This document shows, piece by piece, positions 41,373-52,075 of a stretch of 64,000 bases of DNA; within the stretch, counting starts at the first letter, position 1, and each line of letters opens with the position of its first letter. The notes beneath the pieces were generated by a model. That model was not told the DNA's origin, did no database searches, and saw only the letters and a program-made list of their open reading frames with translations. The translations under genes were made by a program, and so were the position numbers. Where the stretch lies: contig CBDEFO010000004.1 of NCBI GenBank assembly GCA_965237525.1, positions 1-64,000 on the forward strand, in the 5' to 3' direction. The DNA comes from Candidatus Latescibacterota bacterium. Its GTDB lineage: Bacteria > Latescibacterota > CBDEFO01.

Positions 41373-42056
41373 GTGACAGCTCTTATTAAGAGGTCATCTG
41401 TTATGTCAAAACGGGTATTATTTCTGATATTGATTGTAATTGCACCTCATTTTAATTGTGCGAAACATTCACATGTAAGGCATTGGACTGAAAAAACAGA
41501 ATGGACCTACGAACAAACAGATTCGTTAATTCTTGAAAGAAAAATCATAGAATACGCTGAATTGTTAGATAATTTGCGTGCTGAGTCTGCGAGATATGCA
41601 GGCTTTGATAATGCACTGCCTGCAAATCTCTCGGAATATACTAATCTTAATAAAAACTCAATTTTGAGGATTGTTGCAATAACACGTGATAAGGAAGAGC
41701 TTCCAATAAAGAATGCATACATAGATTACTCAGGTAGGAAAGTAAAATTAGAAGAAATGTTAACCACGTTCACCGAAGTAAAGGATGGAATCGTGAAGAG
41801 AGTCTTGGGAGGTCACCGTCAGGATTTCTTCTATTTATTCCCGATTTATCTGCAATTGAGAGAATGTGAGTTGTTAATTGATTGGAATAAGAATAGAGAA
41901 GCCTTCAGCATAGGGAAATTTCCGATGGGAATAGGTTTACGATTTATTGTTGACGATGAAAATGTGGAGGATCAAAATTACGAAGTCAAGAGTAAATCGC
42001 TCAAAGAGATTCTAAGGAGAGAGTTTTCCGTCTTCATTAAAAGCCTTGTGAAATAG
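41373..42056 (+). CDS. Hypothetical (lipoprotein-like) protein whose 3' end runs into the IS
   Basis: AT-rich ORF; the last codons KSLVK* come from the IS terminal repeat. Confidence 0.55.
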   Translation: MTALIKRSSVMSKRVLFLILIVIAPHFNCAKHSHVRHWTEKTEWTYEQTDSLILERKIIEYAELLDNLRAESARYAGFDNALPANLSEYTNLNKNSILRIVAITRDKEELPIKNAYIDYSGRKVKLEEMLTTFTEVKDGIVKRVLGGHRQDFFYLFPIYLQLRECELLIDWNKNREAFSIGKFPMGIGLRFIVDDENVEDQNYEVKSKSLKEILRREFSVFIKSLVK

Positions 42057-43559
42057 TTATGTCCCAGGCAGCGTCTGAAGCGCCGATTATGGGTCAAAGA
42101 GTAGCATATCGTATCGTTTTGCTGTGGAATAAGCAAAATAGTCTTATCAGAGTTCTGGTCAGCAAGGAACAGGAGCTGTTTGAAGAACAGGATGCACTGT
42201 CTTTGACAGACAGGGCACACATAGGCGCTTTCCCCCTTCTTATGAAAGATACAAGCCTCTTGAGATTCTGTACTGTTGCAACAAGATTCAACTGTTCATT
42301 CAGTGAGGCTGGTCCTCTATAACGGGCTCGTCCCATACCGTGTTGTTGCCTGGCTTCAGCAAAGATATGTTCACTGCGTTTACGGAGTCTCCGGGAGAGT
42401 TTGTAGTCAGCTGTTAATGAGATAGACCGTGCATGATTTCTGGCTTTCGCCTCTCGCACTTTTCTATCCCGTTCGGCCTGAATATGTGCTGGATTTGTCT
42501 TGTTTTTCCATGTAGGAATCGGTTCAATCTTCTCATCGGCTCGCAGAGGAATATGGGGTATGATTCCCCGGTCAAGTACATCAGCGATAAAATTACCAGA
42601 ACCGTAACCGGTATCGGCACTAAGTGTCTGAATGTCTTTGGGCATGGTGTATGTTTCAAGGTCATCTACCATCTTAAGGGCACTTTCGGGCTCTGCTGTC
42701 CCTGTCGCCTGCGTGCCCTGAGTCTCAAGGATTACTCTGCTTTTTGTGTCGATCAGATCATGGCCCATAAACGAGAGAAAAGCCCCTTTGCCCTTCGATT
42801 TGCTGTATAAGCGCGCGTCGGGGTCTGTAGTCGAACGGTGTGTTTGGTTCGTCCACTTTTCACCATGAAAGTCTTTATCCTGAGGATGCCCGGACCTACC
42901 CTTTGTCTTATCACCTTCAAAACCGATTCCCTTGAGATAATCATCAAGAGAAACAGGGGGTTCTATCGGCTCAATACTTTTCACTGAAGCATCAGCTTGT
43001 ATCTGAGTGCCGTCGACACTAAGGTGTTTACCGCTCACAAGACCGACATCTATGCAACACTGGACTACCTGACGCATTATCCGTTCAAACAACCCACTGG
43101 ATGCCCACTTGTGATTGCGAAGCTTGTTGATCGTGCTCCTATCCGGAACCGCATCATCAAATGTCTGATGACAAAACAACCGATATGCCGCATGCATCCC
43201 CACTTCCTGACAGAGCCGATTCTCACTCAAATTATACAGATAGCCAATAAGGATCATTCGAACAACTAATTCAGGATCAATACCGGGTCTGCCATTGTCA
43301 GGGCAATAACAATCTGATACAACGTCTCGTACAAATGAAAAATCAACTGCCTCATCAATCTGACGAAGGATATGATCCTCGGGAACTAAATCCTCCATCT
43401 GAAAATAGTGAAACATCGGATTTGTCTGTTCCTGCTTTTGTGGGGTCATTGTTTCCTCCATGTATAATATTATCAATAACATAATATAATACATCGGAGC
43501 TGCTTTATCAATGCTTGTTCTATACTACTTTCTGAATCTAAGGGTTTTTCACAAGGCTT
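42041..43559 (-). mobile_element. IS1182-family IS, copy 3 (transposase 42094-43494)
   Basis: Near-identical to copies 1 and 2; flanks TTAA / CTAA. Confidence 0.9.
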
Positions 43560-43678
43560 CTAATGCACAACCAAAATGATAGACTCGTTTGGGTTTTATA
43601 CGTGCTTTCTCCGCCGCAAAGCGCCAAGTTGCAGTAGTCTGGGGCCGTTCTGTTCATTGCTCTGGCGCAAGGTAGGCG

Positions 43679-44964
43679 CATACCGCTCCCCTTGACAGAG
43701 CGAAAATATTTCGCAAATTGGGGTTTGAGAAGGGAGGTCAAATTGTCAAGCCCCGAAGTGAAGGATGGTAAGCGCTGGACGGCGACCCGTAAGGTGGAGG
43801 TGGTGTTGGCTGTTTTGAAAGGGGCGAATGCATCAGAGGTATGTTGGAAGAATGGAATCAGCCAGTCACAGGCGTATGCCTGGCGTGATAGTTTCCTGGA
43901 AGGAGGCCAGGAGAGTCTGAAGTCTCGGCGTGGTCGCAAGGATCCGAAGGAGCGGGAGGTCAGCCGGTTGGAGCGTAAGGTAGGGCAGTTAACCCTCCAG
44001 TTGGAGATACTCGAGGAGGTAGCCCGTCTAAAAAAAACGAAGCGGTTGCCTTGAGTGGGCGGTTTTTGGGTCGAGGCTATTCCCACAAGGTGGTAGCTAT
44101 GGCTTTGGCTTTGCATCGTTCGACTCTGTATAGGCTCAGGTATAGAGGTGTCAGTTCTTCTGTCGAAGAGTCTGTGATAGATGAACAGCTTGCTTTTCGT
44201 GTTCGAGGGATACTCGACCAAGAAGAGGCATTTGGTCACAGGCGGGTTTGGGCGCATCTTCGTTTCAAGGAAGGGGAATGTGTCAACATCAAGAAGGTTC
44301 ATAGGATAATGAAGCTTAAGGGGTGGCAGTGTAAGCTGTGGAATCCCCGATAGAATCAATCGGGGACCCCGGGAGAAAGGGGCCACAGGTTGCCCAGAAG
44401 CGTTCTGTGATGGATCGTCCTGACAGTCTCTGGTCGGCTGACTTGACCAGGATCTATTGTGGGGAAGACGGTTGGTGTCCTCTTATTGCGGTGGTGGACA
44501 ACGGGAGTCGGGAGGTTCCCGGGTATCGTTTTAGTCGAAAAGGGAGGGCACTGGAGGCCACAGATGCCCTGGATCGGGCTGTGATCTCTCGATACACTTC
44601 CAAGGAAGTTGTCCCCCAGGGTCTCACTTTGCGCTCTGACAATGGTTCCATCTTTTTGGCTCGGGCCTATTTGGCGAGTACCGAATATTGGGGAATTCGT
44701 CAGGAATACATACCAAGTGGTAAGCCCGATTGGAACGGTGTTGTAGAGCGTTTTTTCAGGACCCTCAAGCAAGAGTGTGTTTGGCTTCACAAGTTTGAAT
44801 CCTTTGAACAGGCTGAGAAGATCATATCTCAGTGGATCGATAATTACAACAACAACAGGCTTCATTCATCCCTGGGATATAAGACCCCAGAAGAGTGGAG
44901 AAAACAATTCTAATCTACTACCCCAGGTTGCTTAATTGATGTCGCTTTCCAAGGGGGTAGTACA
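43679..44964 (+). mobile_element. IS3-family element, copy A (orfA about 43743-44054; orfB to 44913, interrupted at 44345)
   Basis: HTH orfA, A8C slippery run at 44030-44038, rve motifs WSADLT..SDNG..ERFFRTLK..LHSSLGY.TP, imperfect IRs ending in CA. Confidence 0.85.
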
Positions 44965-44977
44965 GAAAGGAGATGAC

Positions 44978-46237
44978 ATGCTGTCGATCAGATCAAACGT
45001 AGCCTGGAAGGTAGGTGCGGTCTGTGCGCTGTTGATCGGCATGGCCGCGGCGTGCGGCGATGATTCGGTTAGCGGTCCTGAGCCGACCCCGGACGCCGCC
45101 ACCCCGCTGAAGATCGGTCTGCTGCTGCATTTCAGCGAGGGATCGATCGAGTTGGCCGTCGTTTGGCGGCGGGCCTTCGAGCTGGCGATCAAGCACATCA
45201 ACGGAGGAGGAGGCGTGTTTGGGCGGCCGGTTGAGGTGCTCGTGGAAGATTCCACCCTCGACCCCGTGGCGGACGTGGCGCGGCGCATGATCGAGGTCGA
45301 GGGTGTTCACGTCATCGTTGGCCCCATCACCAGCGCGGATGCGCTCCTTGTCGCGGAGCAAGTGACCGGCTCTGCGAGCATACCCACCATTAGCCCTTCG
45401 GCCACCTCCCCAAGGCTCACGGAGGCTGCGGATCACGACTTCCTCTTCCGTACCGCTCTATCCGACAACGCCCAGGGGCCCGTCCTCGCACGCGTCACGC
45501 GAGAGCGAGGCTTCACCAACGTCGGCGTAGTCTACCGCGATGATGCCTGGGGGCAGGGCCTCTCCAGGTCTTTTGAAGAGGCCTGGACAGGGCCTCTTCA
45601 GGTCGCCGCAATCGATCCCGGCCAGACTACTTTCCTCCCCCAGTTGCGGCAGACGGCGGGCGAGGAAGCCCAGGCCCTCGTCGTCATCACCTTCGAGGCG
45701 GAAGCTGTGACCCTTATCCGGGAGGCGATCGAGAACGGCCTGTACGACAAATTCACGTTCGGCGACGCCCTGAAGAGCCTTGAGTTGGTCAGAGCCATTG
45801 GGGGCGAGCACCTCGGAGGCATGTACGGCACGGCGGGGGCGACTGCCCCGGATAACGCGGCTTCAGCCGCATGGGATAGTTCATACATCGCGGAATACGG
45901 CGAACTACCGGTGTTCGTCTACGTCAAGGAGGCCTATGACGCCACTGTCGCGCTCGCACTCGCGGCCCAGGCCGCCGGCAGCGTCGACGGGGCCGCCATC
46001 CGCGACCGGCTGCGCGCCATCGGCGGCGAGCCGGGCGAGGTCGTGATCGCTGGTCCGGAAGGTGTTGCCTCCGCTCTTCGCATCCTCGCGGAGGGCGGGG
46101 AGGTCGACTACGAGGGCGCCGCCGTCACGCTGGACTGGGATGAGAACGGCGACCTGAGCCGCGGCCATATCGGCATCTGGCGTTTCACCGAAGATGAGCA
46201 GATCGAAGACCTCGAGGCGGTCGCGTTCGAGTATTAG
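44978..46237 (+). CDS. Branched-chain amino acid ABC substrate-binding lipoprotein (LivJ-like)
   Basis: Lipobox AAAC, LKIGLL, ISPSATSP..LFRTA.SD..QG, YDA; AAGGAG RBS; GC-rich. Confidence 0.85.
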   Translation: MLSIRSNVAWKVGAVCALLIGMAAACGDDSVSGPEPTPDAATPLKIGLLLHFSEGSIELAVVWRRAFELAIKHINGGGGVFGRPVEVLVEDSTLDPVADVARRMIEVEGVHVIVGPITSADALLVAEQVTGSASIPTISPSATSPRLTEAADHDFLFRTALSDNAQGPVLARVTRERGFTNVGVVYRDDAWGQGLSRSFEEAWTGPLQVAAIDPGQTTFLPQLRQTAGEEAQALVVITFEAEAVTLIREAIENGLYDKFTFGDALKSLELVRAIGGEHLGGMYGTAGATAPDNAASAAWDSSYIAEYGELPVFVYVKEAYDATVALALAAQAAGSVDGAAIRDRLRAIGGEPGEVVIAGPEGVASALRILAEGGEVDYEGAAVTLDWDENGDLSRGHIGIWRFTEDEQIEDLEAVAFEY

Positions 46238-46241
46238 ACCC

Positions 46242-46512
46242 ACGACCACCATTAACGAGTTCGACGTTGAGCAGGCTGCGCTTGGCTGGCTGCAGGGCCT
46301 CGGCTGGCGTGTGGCCCAGGGGCCGGACATTGCCTCGGAGCGTGCCGACTACGGGGCGGTGGTGCTGGAGCGGCGGCGGGGCGCGCCTCCCGCCCGGCTC
46401 AACCCGGGAGCTGCCCGCCGAGGCGTTGGAGGACGTCTTGCGCAGGCTGACCAGACCGGAAGGACCGACCCTGCAACCGCGCCTTCCACCGGATGCTGGT
46501 GGAGCGCCCGTC
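46242..46512 (+). pseudogene. Type I restriction enzyme HsdR N-terminal fragment
   Basis: NEFDVEQAALGWLQGLGW..GPDIA.ER.DY..VVLE..RLNP / ELPAEALED..RRL / NRAFHRMLV, with frameshifts. Confidence 0.7.
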
Positions 46513-46544
46513 ACAGATGAACAGGGAAGAGGGAAGAAGGGAAA

Positions 46545-47732
46545 CATACCGCTCCCCTTGACAGAGCGAAAATATTTCGCAAATTGGGGTTTGAGAAGGG
46601 AGGTCAAATTGTCAAGCCCCGAAGTGAAAGATGGTAAGCGCTGGACGGCGACCCGTAAGGTAGAGGTGGTGTTGGCTGTTTTGAAAGGAGCGAATGTATC
46701 AGAGGTGTGTCGGAAGAATGGAATTAGCCAGTCACAGGCGTATGCCTGGCGTGATAGTTTCTTAGAAAGAGGCCAGGAGAGTCTGAAGTCTCGGCGTGGT
46801 CGCAAGGATCCGAAGGAGCGGGAGGTCAGCCGGTTGGAGCGTAAGGTAGGGCAGTTAACCCTCCAGTTGGAGATACTTGAGGAGGTAGCCCGTCTAAAAA
46901 AAACGAAGCGGTTGCCTTGAGTGGGCGGTTTTTGGGTCGAGGCTATTCCCGTAAGGTGGTAGCTTTGGCTTTGCATCGTTCGACTCTGTATAGGCTCAGG
47001 GATAGAGGTGTCAGTTCTTCTGTCAAAGAGCCTGTGATAGATGAACAGCTTGCTTTTCGTGTTCGAGGGATACTCGACCAAGAAGAGGCATTTGGTCACA
47101 GGCGGGTTTGGGCGCATCTTCGTTTCAAGGAAGGGGCATGTGTTAACATCAAGAAGGTTCATAGGATAATGAAGCTTAAGGGGTGGCAGTGTAAGCTGTG
47201 GAATCCCCGATAGAATCAATCGGGGACCCCGGGAGAAAGGGGTCACAGGTTGTCCAGAAGCGTTCTGTGATGGATCATCCTGACAGTCTCTGGTCGGCTG
47301 ACTTGACCAAGATCTATTGTGGAAAAGACGGTTGGTGTCCTCTTATTGTGGTGGTGGACAACGGGAGTCGGGAGGTTGCCGGGTATCGTTTTAGTCGAAG
47401 AGGGAGCGCACTGGAGGCCACAGATGCCCTGGATCGGGCCGTGATCTCTCGATACACCTCCAAGGAGGCTGTCCCCCAGGGTCTCACTTTGCGCTCTGAC
47501 AACGGCTCGATCTTTTTGGCTCGGACCTATTTGGCCAGTACCGAATATTGGGGAATTCGTCAGGAGTACATACCAAGTGGTAAGCCCGATTGGAACGGTG
47601 TTGTAGAGCGTTTTTTCAGGACCCTCAAGCAAGAGTGTGTTTGGCTTCACAATCTTGGATCCCTTGAACAGGCTGAGAAGATCATATCTCAGTGGATCGA
47701 TAATTACAACAAGAACAGGCTTCATTCATCCC
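46545..47732 (+). mobile_element. IS3-family element, copy B, 3'-truncated at a palindrome cluster
   Basis: Diverged copy of A; identity stops after CTTCATTCATCCC; same palindrome in orfB at 47205. Confidence 0.85.
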
Positions 47733-47926
47733 GCCGCCGAATGATTCTATCGGGGGTTCAATCGGGGACTCAAGAGAAGGGAGAAGGTGTCCCTGTATAC
47801 CGGGCGAACACGTGGAGAAAGCATTCATCTGTTGTAGGGGCAGACCCGTGTGTCTGCCCTGAAATGATGACTACAATGTGAGGAGGAACCCTTCCTTGAT
47901 TCCTTGAACCGAAAGGAGCACCAGAT

Positions 47927-48934
47927 ATGAGCGCATTTTCAAAGTGGGAAATACTAATCGAAAAGGCAGAAACGTTCCGCAAACAAGTTCAGTATGAGAA
48001 AGCAGTTAAGGTTGGCAAAGAGGCTTTGAAAGTAGCTGAGAACACTTTCGGTCCAGACCATCCCGATGTGGCGACCTCCCTGAACGGTCTGGCGGGACTT
48101 TATGTGGCTCAGGGCAAGTATGCCGAGGCTGAACCCCCTTTCAAGCAGGCACTGGCAATAAGGGAAGAAGTCCTTGGCAAAGACCATCCCGATGTGGCGA
48201 CCTCATTGAACGATCTGGCGGTACTTTACAGAGTTCAAGGCAAGTATGACGAGGCTGAACCCCTATTCAAGCGGTCACTGGCAATAAGGGAAGAAGTCCT
48301 TGGCAAAGACCACCCCGATGTGGCGGGCTCACTGAACAATCTGGCGGTACTTTATGGTTCTCAGGGCAAGTATGACGAGGCTGAACCCCTATTCAAGCGG
48401 TCACTGGCAATAAGGGAAGAAGTCCTTGGCAAAGACCATCCCGATGTGGCGACCTCATTGAACGATCTGGCGGTACTTTATGCTTCTCAGGGCAAGTATG
48501 CCGAGGCTGAACCCCTTTTCAAGCGGGCACTGGCAATAAGGGAAGAAGTCCTTGGCAAAGACCATCCCGATGTGGCGACCTCCCTGAACAGTCTGGGGTT
48601 ACTTTACAGAGATCAGGGCAAGTATGCCGAGGCTGAACCCCTTTTCAAGCGGGCACTGGCAATAAGGGAAGAAGTCCTTGGCAAAGACCATCCCGATGTG
48701 GCGACCTCCCTGAACGGTCTGGCGGGACTTTATGTGGCTCAGGGCAAGTATGCCGAGGCTGAACCCCTTTACAAGCGGTCACTGGCAATAAAGGAAAAAG
48801 CCCTTGGGCCAGATCACCCCGATGTGGCTACTGTGTTGGAGAATATGGCGGAACTTTACAGAGATCTTGGTAAAGAAGATGAAGCCAAGAGGTTGGCCGA
48901 ACGTGCGAGAAGAATTCGTTCAAGAAACCAGTGA
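47927..48934 (+). CDS. TPR protein, six 42-aa (126-bp) repeats plus cap, no signal peptide
   Basis: DHPDVATSLNxLAxLYxxQGKYxEAEPLFKRxLAIREEVLGK repeats. Confidence 0.9.
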   Translation: MSAFSKWEILIEKAETFRKQVQYEKAVKVGKEALKVAENTFGPDHPDVATSLNGLAGLYVAQGKYAEAEPPFKQALAIREEVLGKDHPDVATSLNDLAVLYRVQGKYDEAEPLFKRSLAIREEVLGKDHPDVAGSLNNLAVLYGSQGKYDEAEPLFKRSLAIREEVLGKDHPDVATSLNDLAVLYASQGKYAEAEPLFKRALAIREEVLGKDHPDVATSLNSLGLLYRDQGKYAEAEPLFKRALAIREEVLGKDHPDVATSLNGLAGLYVAQGKYAEAEPLYKRSLAIKEKALGPDHPDVATVLENMAELYRDLGKEDEAKRLAERARRIRSRNQ

Positions 48935-48988
48935 TGGCAATATGGCACAAATTCACCTTCGGAGAATTTCCATTTTACGGATAGCGCA

Positions 48989-49997
48989 ATGGCAAGGATA
49001 AGGGACATCGGAATAAAGATAGGCGACCTTGAAACGGGAGAACTCAACTCCATCTCTGACGTCGAGGGCACGAAAGCAGGGCACGTTGACATAGGTCATG
49101 ACGGAACGCCCTTAAGGACCGGAATAACTGCCGTAGTGCCCCCTCGACAGGAGAAGAGAAGAAAACTCTTCATCGGTAGATAAGGCGTCAAAGACTGGGA
49201 CGGAATGACAGGCTTGAGCGTAGCTGAGGACTTTGGGACGTTCTCATCTCCCGTAGTTTTGACGAGTGCTGCAAGCGTGGGCTGCCCATAGACGCCGGAT
49301 GGCCACCCGTCGTGATAGGCCTGGACGATTCCTATCTGAACGACCCTGAAAAGGAAAGAGAGATAAAGGAGGACATCCTCTTTGAATGCTTCCAGAAAGC
49401 GCAAGGAGAAAAAGTGGAAGAGGGAAACGTGGGAATCGGAAGAGGACTGTGCGCCTTCGGACTAAAAGTTGGAATCGGGCAATCGTCCAGAAAAGTCCAG
49501 GGCTACGCCGTAGGCATCCTTGTAGCGTCCAACGGAGGAATCAGGAGGAGCCTGACTGTGGATGGAGTTCCGGTCGGAAGACATCTCTCTGCGCCCCAGC
49601 CACAGGGCATGCTCACAAGGTCAATCGTGGCAGTAACCGCCACAGACGCCCCTTTGACCCCAAAGCCAGTTGGACCACCTTTCGGAGATGACCGGAGCAG
49701 GTTTGATAAAAACGGGGTTCATAGACGCTCATATAGACCAGGGATTGATAGTTTCTTTTTCCACTTCAAATTCCATAGACGCTCCCTTCGAGAATCAAAA
49801 GACCTACAGAATCAGATCTGTTCCCCAAGGAAGACCTCTATCCTCTCTTCGACGCTGCCATAGAAGCTGCTCAAGAGGCCGGATTGAACTCACTTACCAC
49901 ATCGAAAAGTGCAGAAGGCAAGGACGGACGAAGGATAGAGGCGATACCCCAAGATCAGCTCGTCGCAATAATGCGAATATACAAGGGGATCGACTGA
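48989..49997 (+). pseudogene. Peptidase S58/DmpA (P1) family, inactivated
   Basis: RIRDIGIKIG..GELNSISDVEG..GH..RTGITAVVP; TAC>TAA at 49181, a ~49-bp deletion between CGTGGGC microhomologies, and later frameshifts. Confidence 0.75.
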
Positions 49998-50022
49998 TCA
50001 TGCCCGAACCATTTCTTTCAAC

Positions 50023-50238
50023 TTATCTATCTGCTCTTGCCTTCCCAGAACGATGAGCATATCTCCTTCCTTCAACTCTTATCGATTCGACTATACCCAG
50101 TTGATGCGCCTCGATCCCCATCCGTTCTACGGCGTAGTTGTTGAATATAGGGACGTGTATCCCGGTTAACGTAAACGAGAGCGCAAATACCGAAATAGCA
50201 AGCAAGATAAAGTTTCGTCTGATCTGGTCCGAATTCAA
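50023..50238 (-). pseudogene. N-terminal fragment of an MFS-like membrane protein
   Basis: RNFILLAISVFALSF..IFNNY..QLGIVESIR followed by an abrupt end. Confidence 0.45.
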
Positions 50239-50572
50239 GGCTACCTATTCTTCGAATAGACAAAAAATGTTGATGTTGAGAATATAATTGGTTATACTAA
50301 AAGGCGACATTAAACTTAGCAATATAGAAGAGTAATGTCAAGCTTAAACACCTTTTGTCCTTACAATTTCAGTTTGGGGAATATGAGATTGCTTCCCCCC
50401 GATTGAATCTATGGGGGACTCAAGGGAAGGGAAGAGGTGGGCCTGTATACTGGGCGAATACGCGAGTTGCCCCCTACATTCATCAGTTGTAGGGGCAGAC
50501 CCGTGTGTCTGCCCTGAAATAAGGTTACAGTTGTGAGCTCAGTATATCAGTGAGCCGAAAGGAGCACCAGAA

Positions 50573-52021
50573 ATGAGAGTATTTTCAAAAGTTTTCGTCA
50601 TTGCATCCCTATGCTTATCGTTTGCCGCAACTGCTTTTTCCCAAGAAACGTTATGGGAAATACTAATCGAAAAGGAAGAAACGTTCCGCGAACAAGGTCA
50701 GTATGAGAAAGCAGTTAAGGTTGCTAAAAAGGCTTTGAAAGTAGCTGAGGAAACTTTCGGTTCAGACCACCCCAATGTGGCGACCTCCCTGAACGGTCTG
50801 GGGTTACTTTATTATTTCCAGGGCAAGTATGACGAGGCTGAGCCACTTTATGAGCGGTCACTGGCAATAGACGAGAAAGCCCTTGGCAAAGACCATCCCA
50901 GTGTGGCGACCATCCTGAACAATCTGGCGGGACTTTACCAAGATCAGGGAAATTATGTGGTGGCTGAGCCACTTTATGAGCGGTCACTGGCAATAAGGGA
51001 AGAAGCTCTTGGGAAAGACCATCCCAGTGTGGCGACCACCCTGAACAATCTGGCGGGACTTTACCAAGATCAGGGAAATTATGTGGTGGCTGAGCCACTT
51101 TATGAGCGGTCACTGGCAATAGACGAGAAAGTCCTTGGCAAAGACCATCCCAGTGTGGCGACCACCCTGAACAATCTGGCGGCACTTTACAGAGATCAGG
51201 GCAAGTATGCCGAGGCTGAGCCCCTTTACAAACGGGCACTGGCAATAAGGGAAAAAGCCCTCGGAAAAGACCATCCCGCTGTGGCGACCTCCCTGAACGG
51301 TCTGGGGTTACTTTACAGAGATCAGGGCAAGGATGCCGAGGCTGAGCCCCTTCACAAGCGGGCACTGGCAATATGCGAGAAAGCCCTTGGAAACGATCAC
51401 CCCCACGTGGCGGCCTCCCTGAATAATCTGGCGTTGCTTTATAAGATTCAGGGCAAGTATGTCGAGGCTGAACCCCTTTACAAGGGGGCACTGGCAATAT
51501 ACGAGAAAGCCCTTGGGCCAGATCACCCCGATATGGCGACCTCCCTGGACAATCTGGCGTTACTTTATCATTATCAGGGCAAGTATGTCGAGGCTGAGCC
51601 CCTTCACAAGCGGGCACTGGCAATATACGAGAAAGCCCTTGGAAAAGACCATCCCAGTGTGGCGGGATCCCTGAACAATCTGGCGTTGCTTTATAAGATT
51701 CAGGGCAAGTATGTCGAGGCTGAACCCCTTCACAAGCGGGCACTGGCAATATACGAGAAAGCCCTTGGAAAAGACCATCCCAGTGTGGCGGGATCCCTGA
51801 ACAATCTGGCGGGACTTTATGATAGTCAGGGCAAGTATGACGAGGCTGAGCCCCTTTACAGGCGGTCACTGGCAATAAAGGAAAAAGCCCTTGGGCCAGA
51901 TCACCCCGATGTGGCTACTGTGTTGGAGAATATGGTGGAACTTTACAGAGATCTTGGTAAAGAAGATGAAGCCAAGAGGTTGGCCGAACGTGCAAAGGGA
52001 ATTCGTTTAAGAAACCAGTAA
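50573..52021 (+). CDS. Secreted TPR protein, nine 42-aa repeats plus cap
   Basis: Signal peptide MRVFSKVFVIASLCLSFAATAFSQ; paralog of 47927-48934. Confidence 0.9.
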   Translation: MRVFSKVFVIASLCLSFAATAFSQETLWEILIEKEETFREQGQYEKAVKVAKKALKVAEETFGSDHPNVATSLNGLGLLYYFQGKYDEAEPLYERSLAIDEKALGKDHPSVATILNNLAGLYQDQGNYVVAEPLYERSLAIREEALGKDHPSVATTLNNLAGLYQDQGNYVVAEPLYERSLAIDEKVLGKDHPSVATTLNNLAALYRDQGKYAEAEPLYKRALAIREKALGKDHPAVATSLNGLGLLYRDQGKDAEAEPLHKRALAICEKALGNDHPHVAASLNNLALLYKIQGKYVEAEPLYKGALAIYEKALGPDHPDMATSLDNLALLYHYQGKYVEAEPLHKRALAIYEKALGKDHPSVAGSLNNLALLYKIQGKYVEAEPLHKRALAIYEKALGKDHPSVAGSLNNLAGLYDSQGKYDEAEPLYRRSLAIKEKALGPDHPDVATVLENMVELYRDLGKEDEAKRLAERAKGIRLRNQ

Positions 52022-52075
52022 TAGAGGTAACGCACGAATAAGACTTCGGAGAATTTACATTTTACGGATAGCGCA

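Noticed and set aside
40537..42040. Circularising the segment at TTAA gives an in-frame join of ORF 41373 to the radical SAM tail
   Set aside because: TTAA is a preferred YTAR target, a frame match has a 1-in-3 chance, and ORF 41373 has no radical SAM motifs.
17351..50417. 21-nt palindromes as CRISPR repeats or terminators
   Set aside because: They are dispersed, irregularly spaced, in both orientations, lack U-tails, and some lie inside genes.
47927..52021. 126-bp repeats as a CRISPR array or DGR template/variable repeat
   Set aside because: They are in-frame coding TPR units with no unique spacers. Variation is not confined to adenines, and there is no cas or reverse transcriptase gene in the window.
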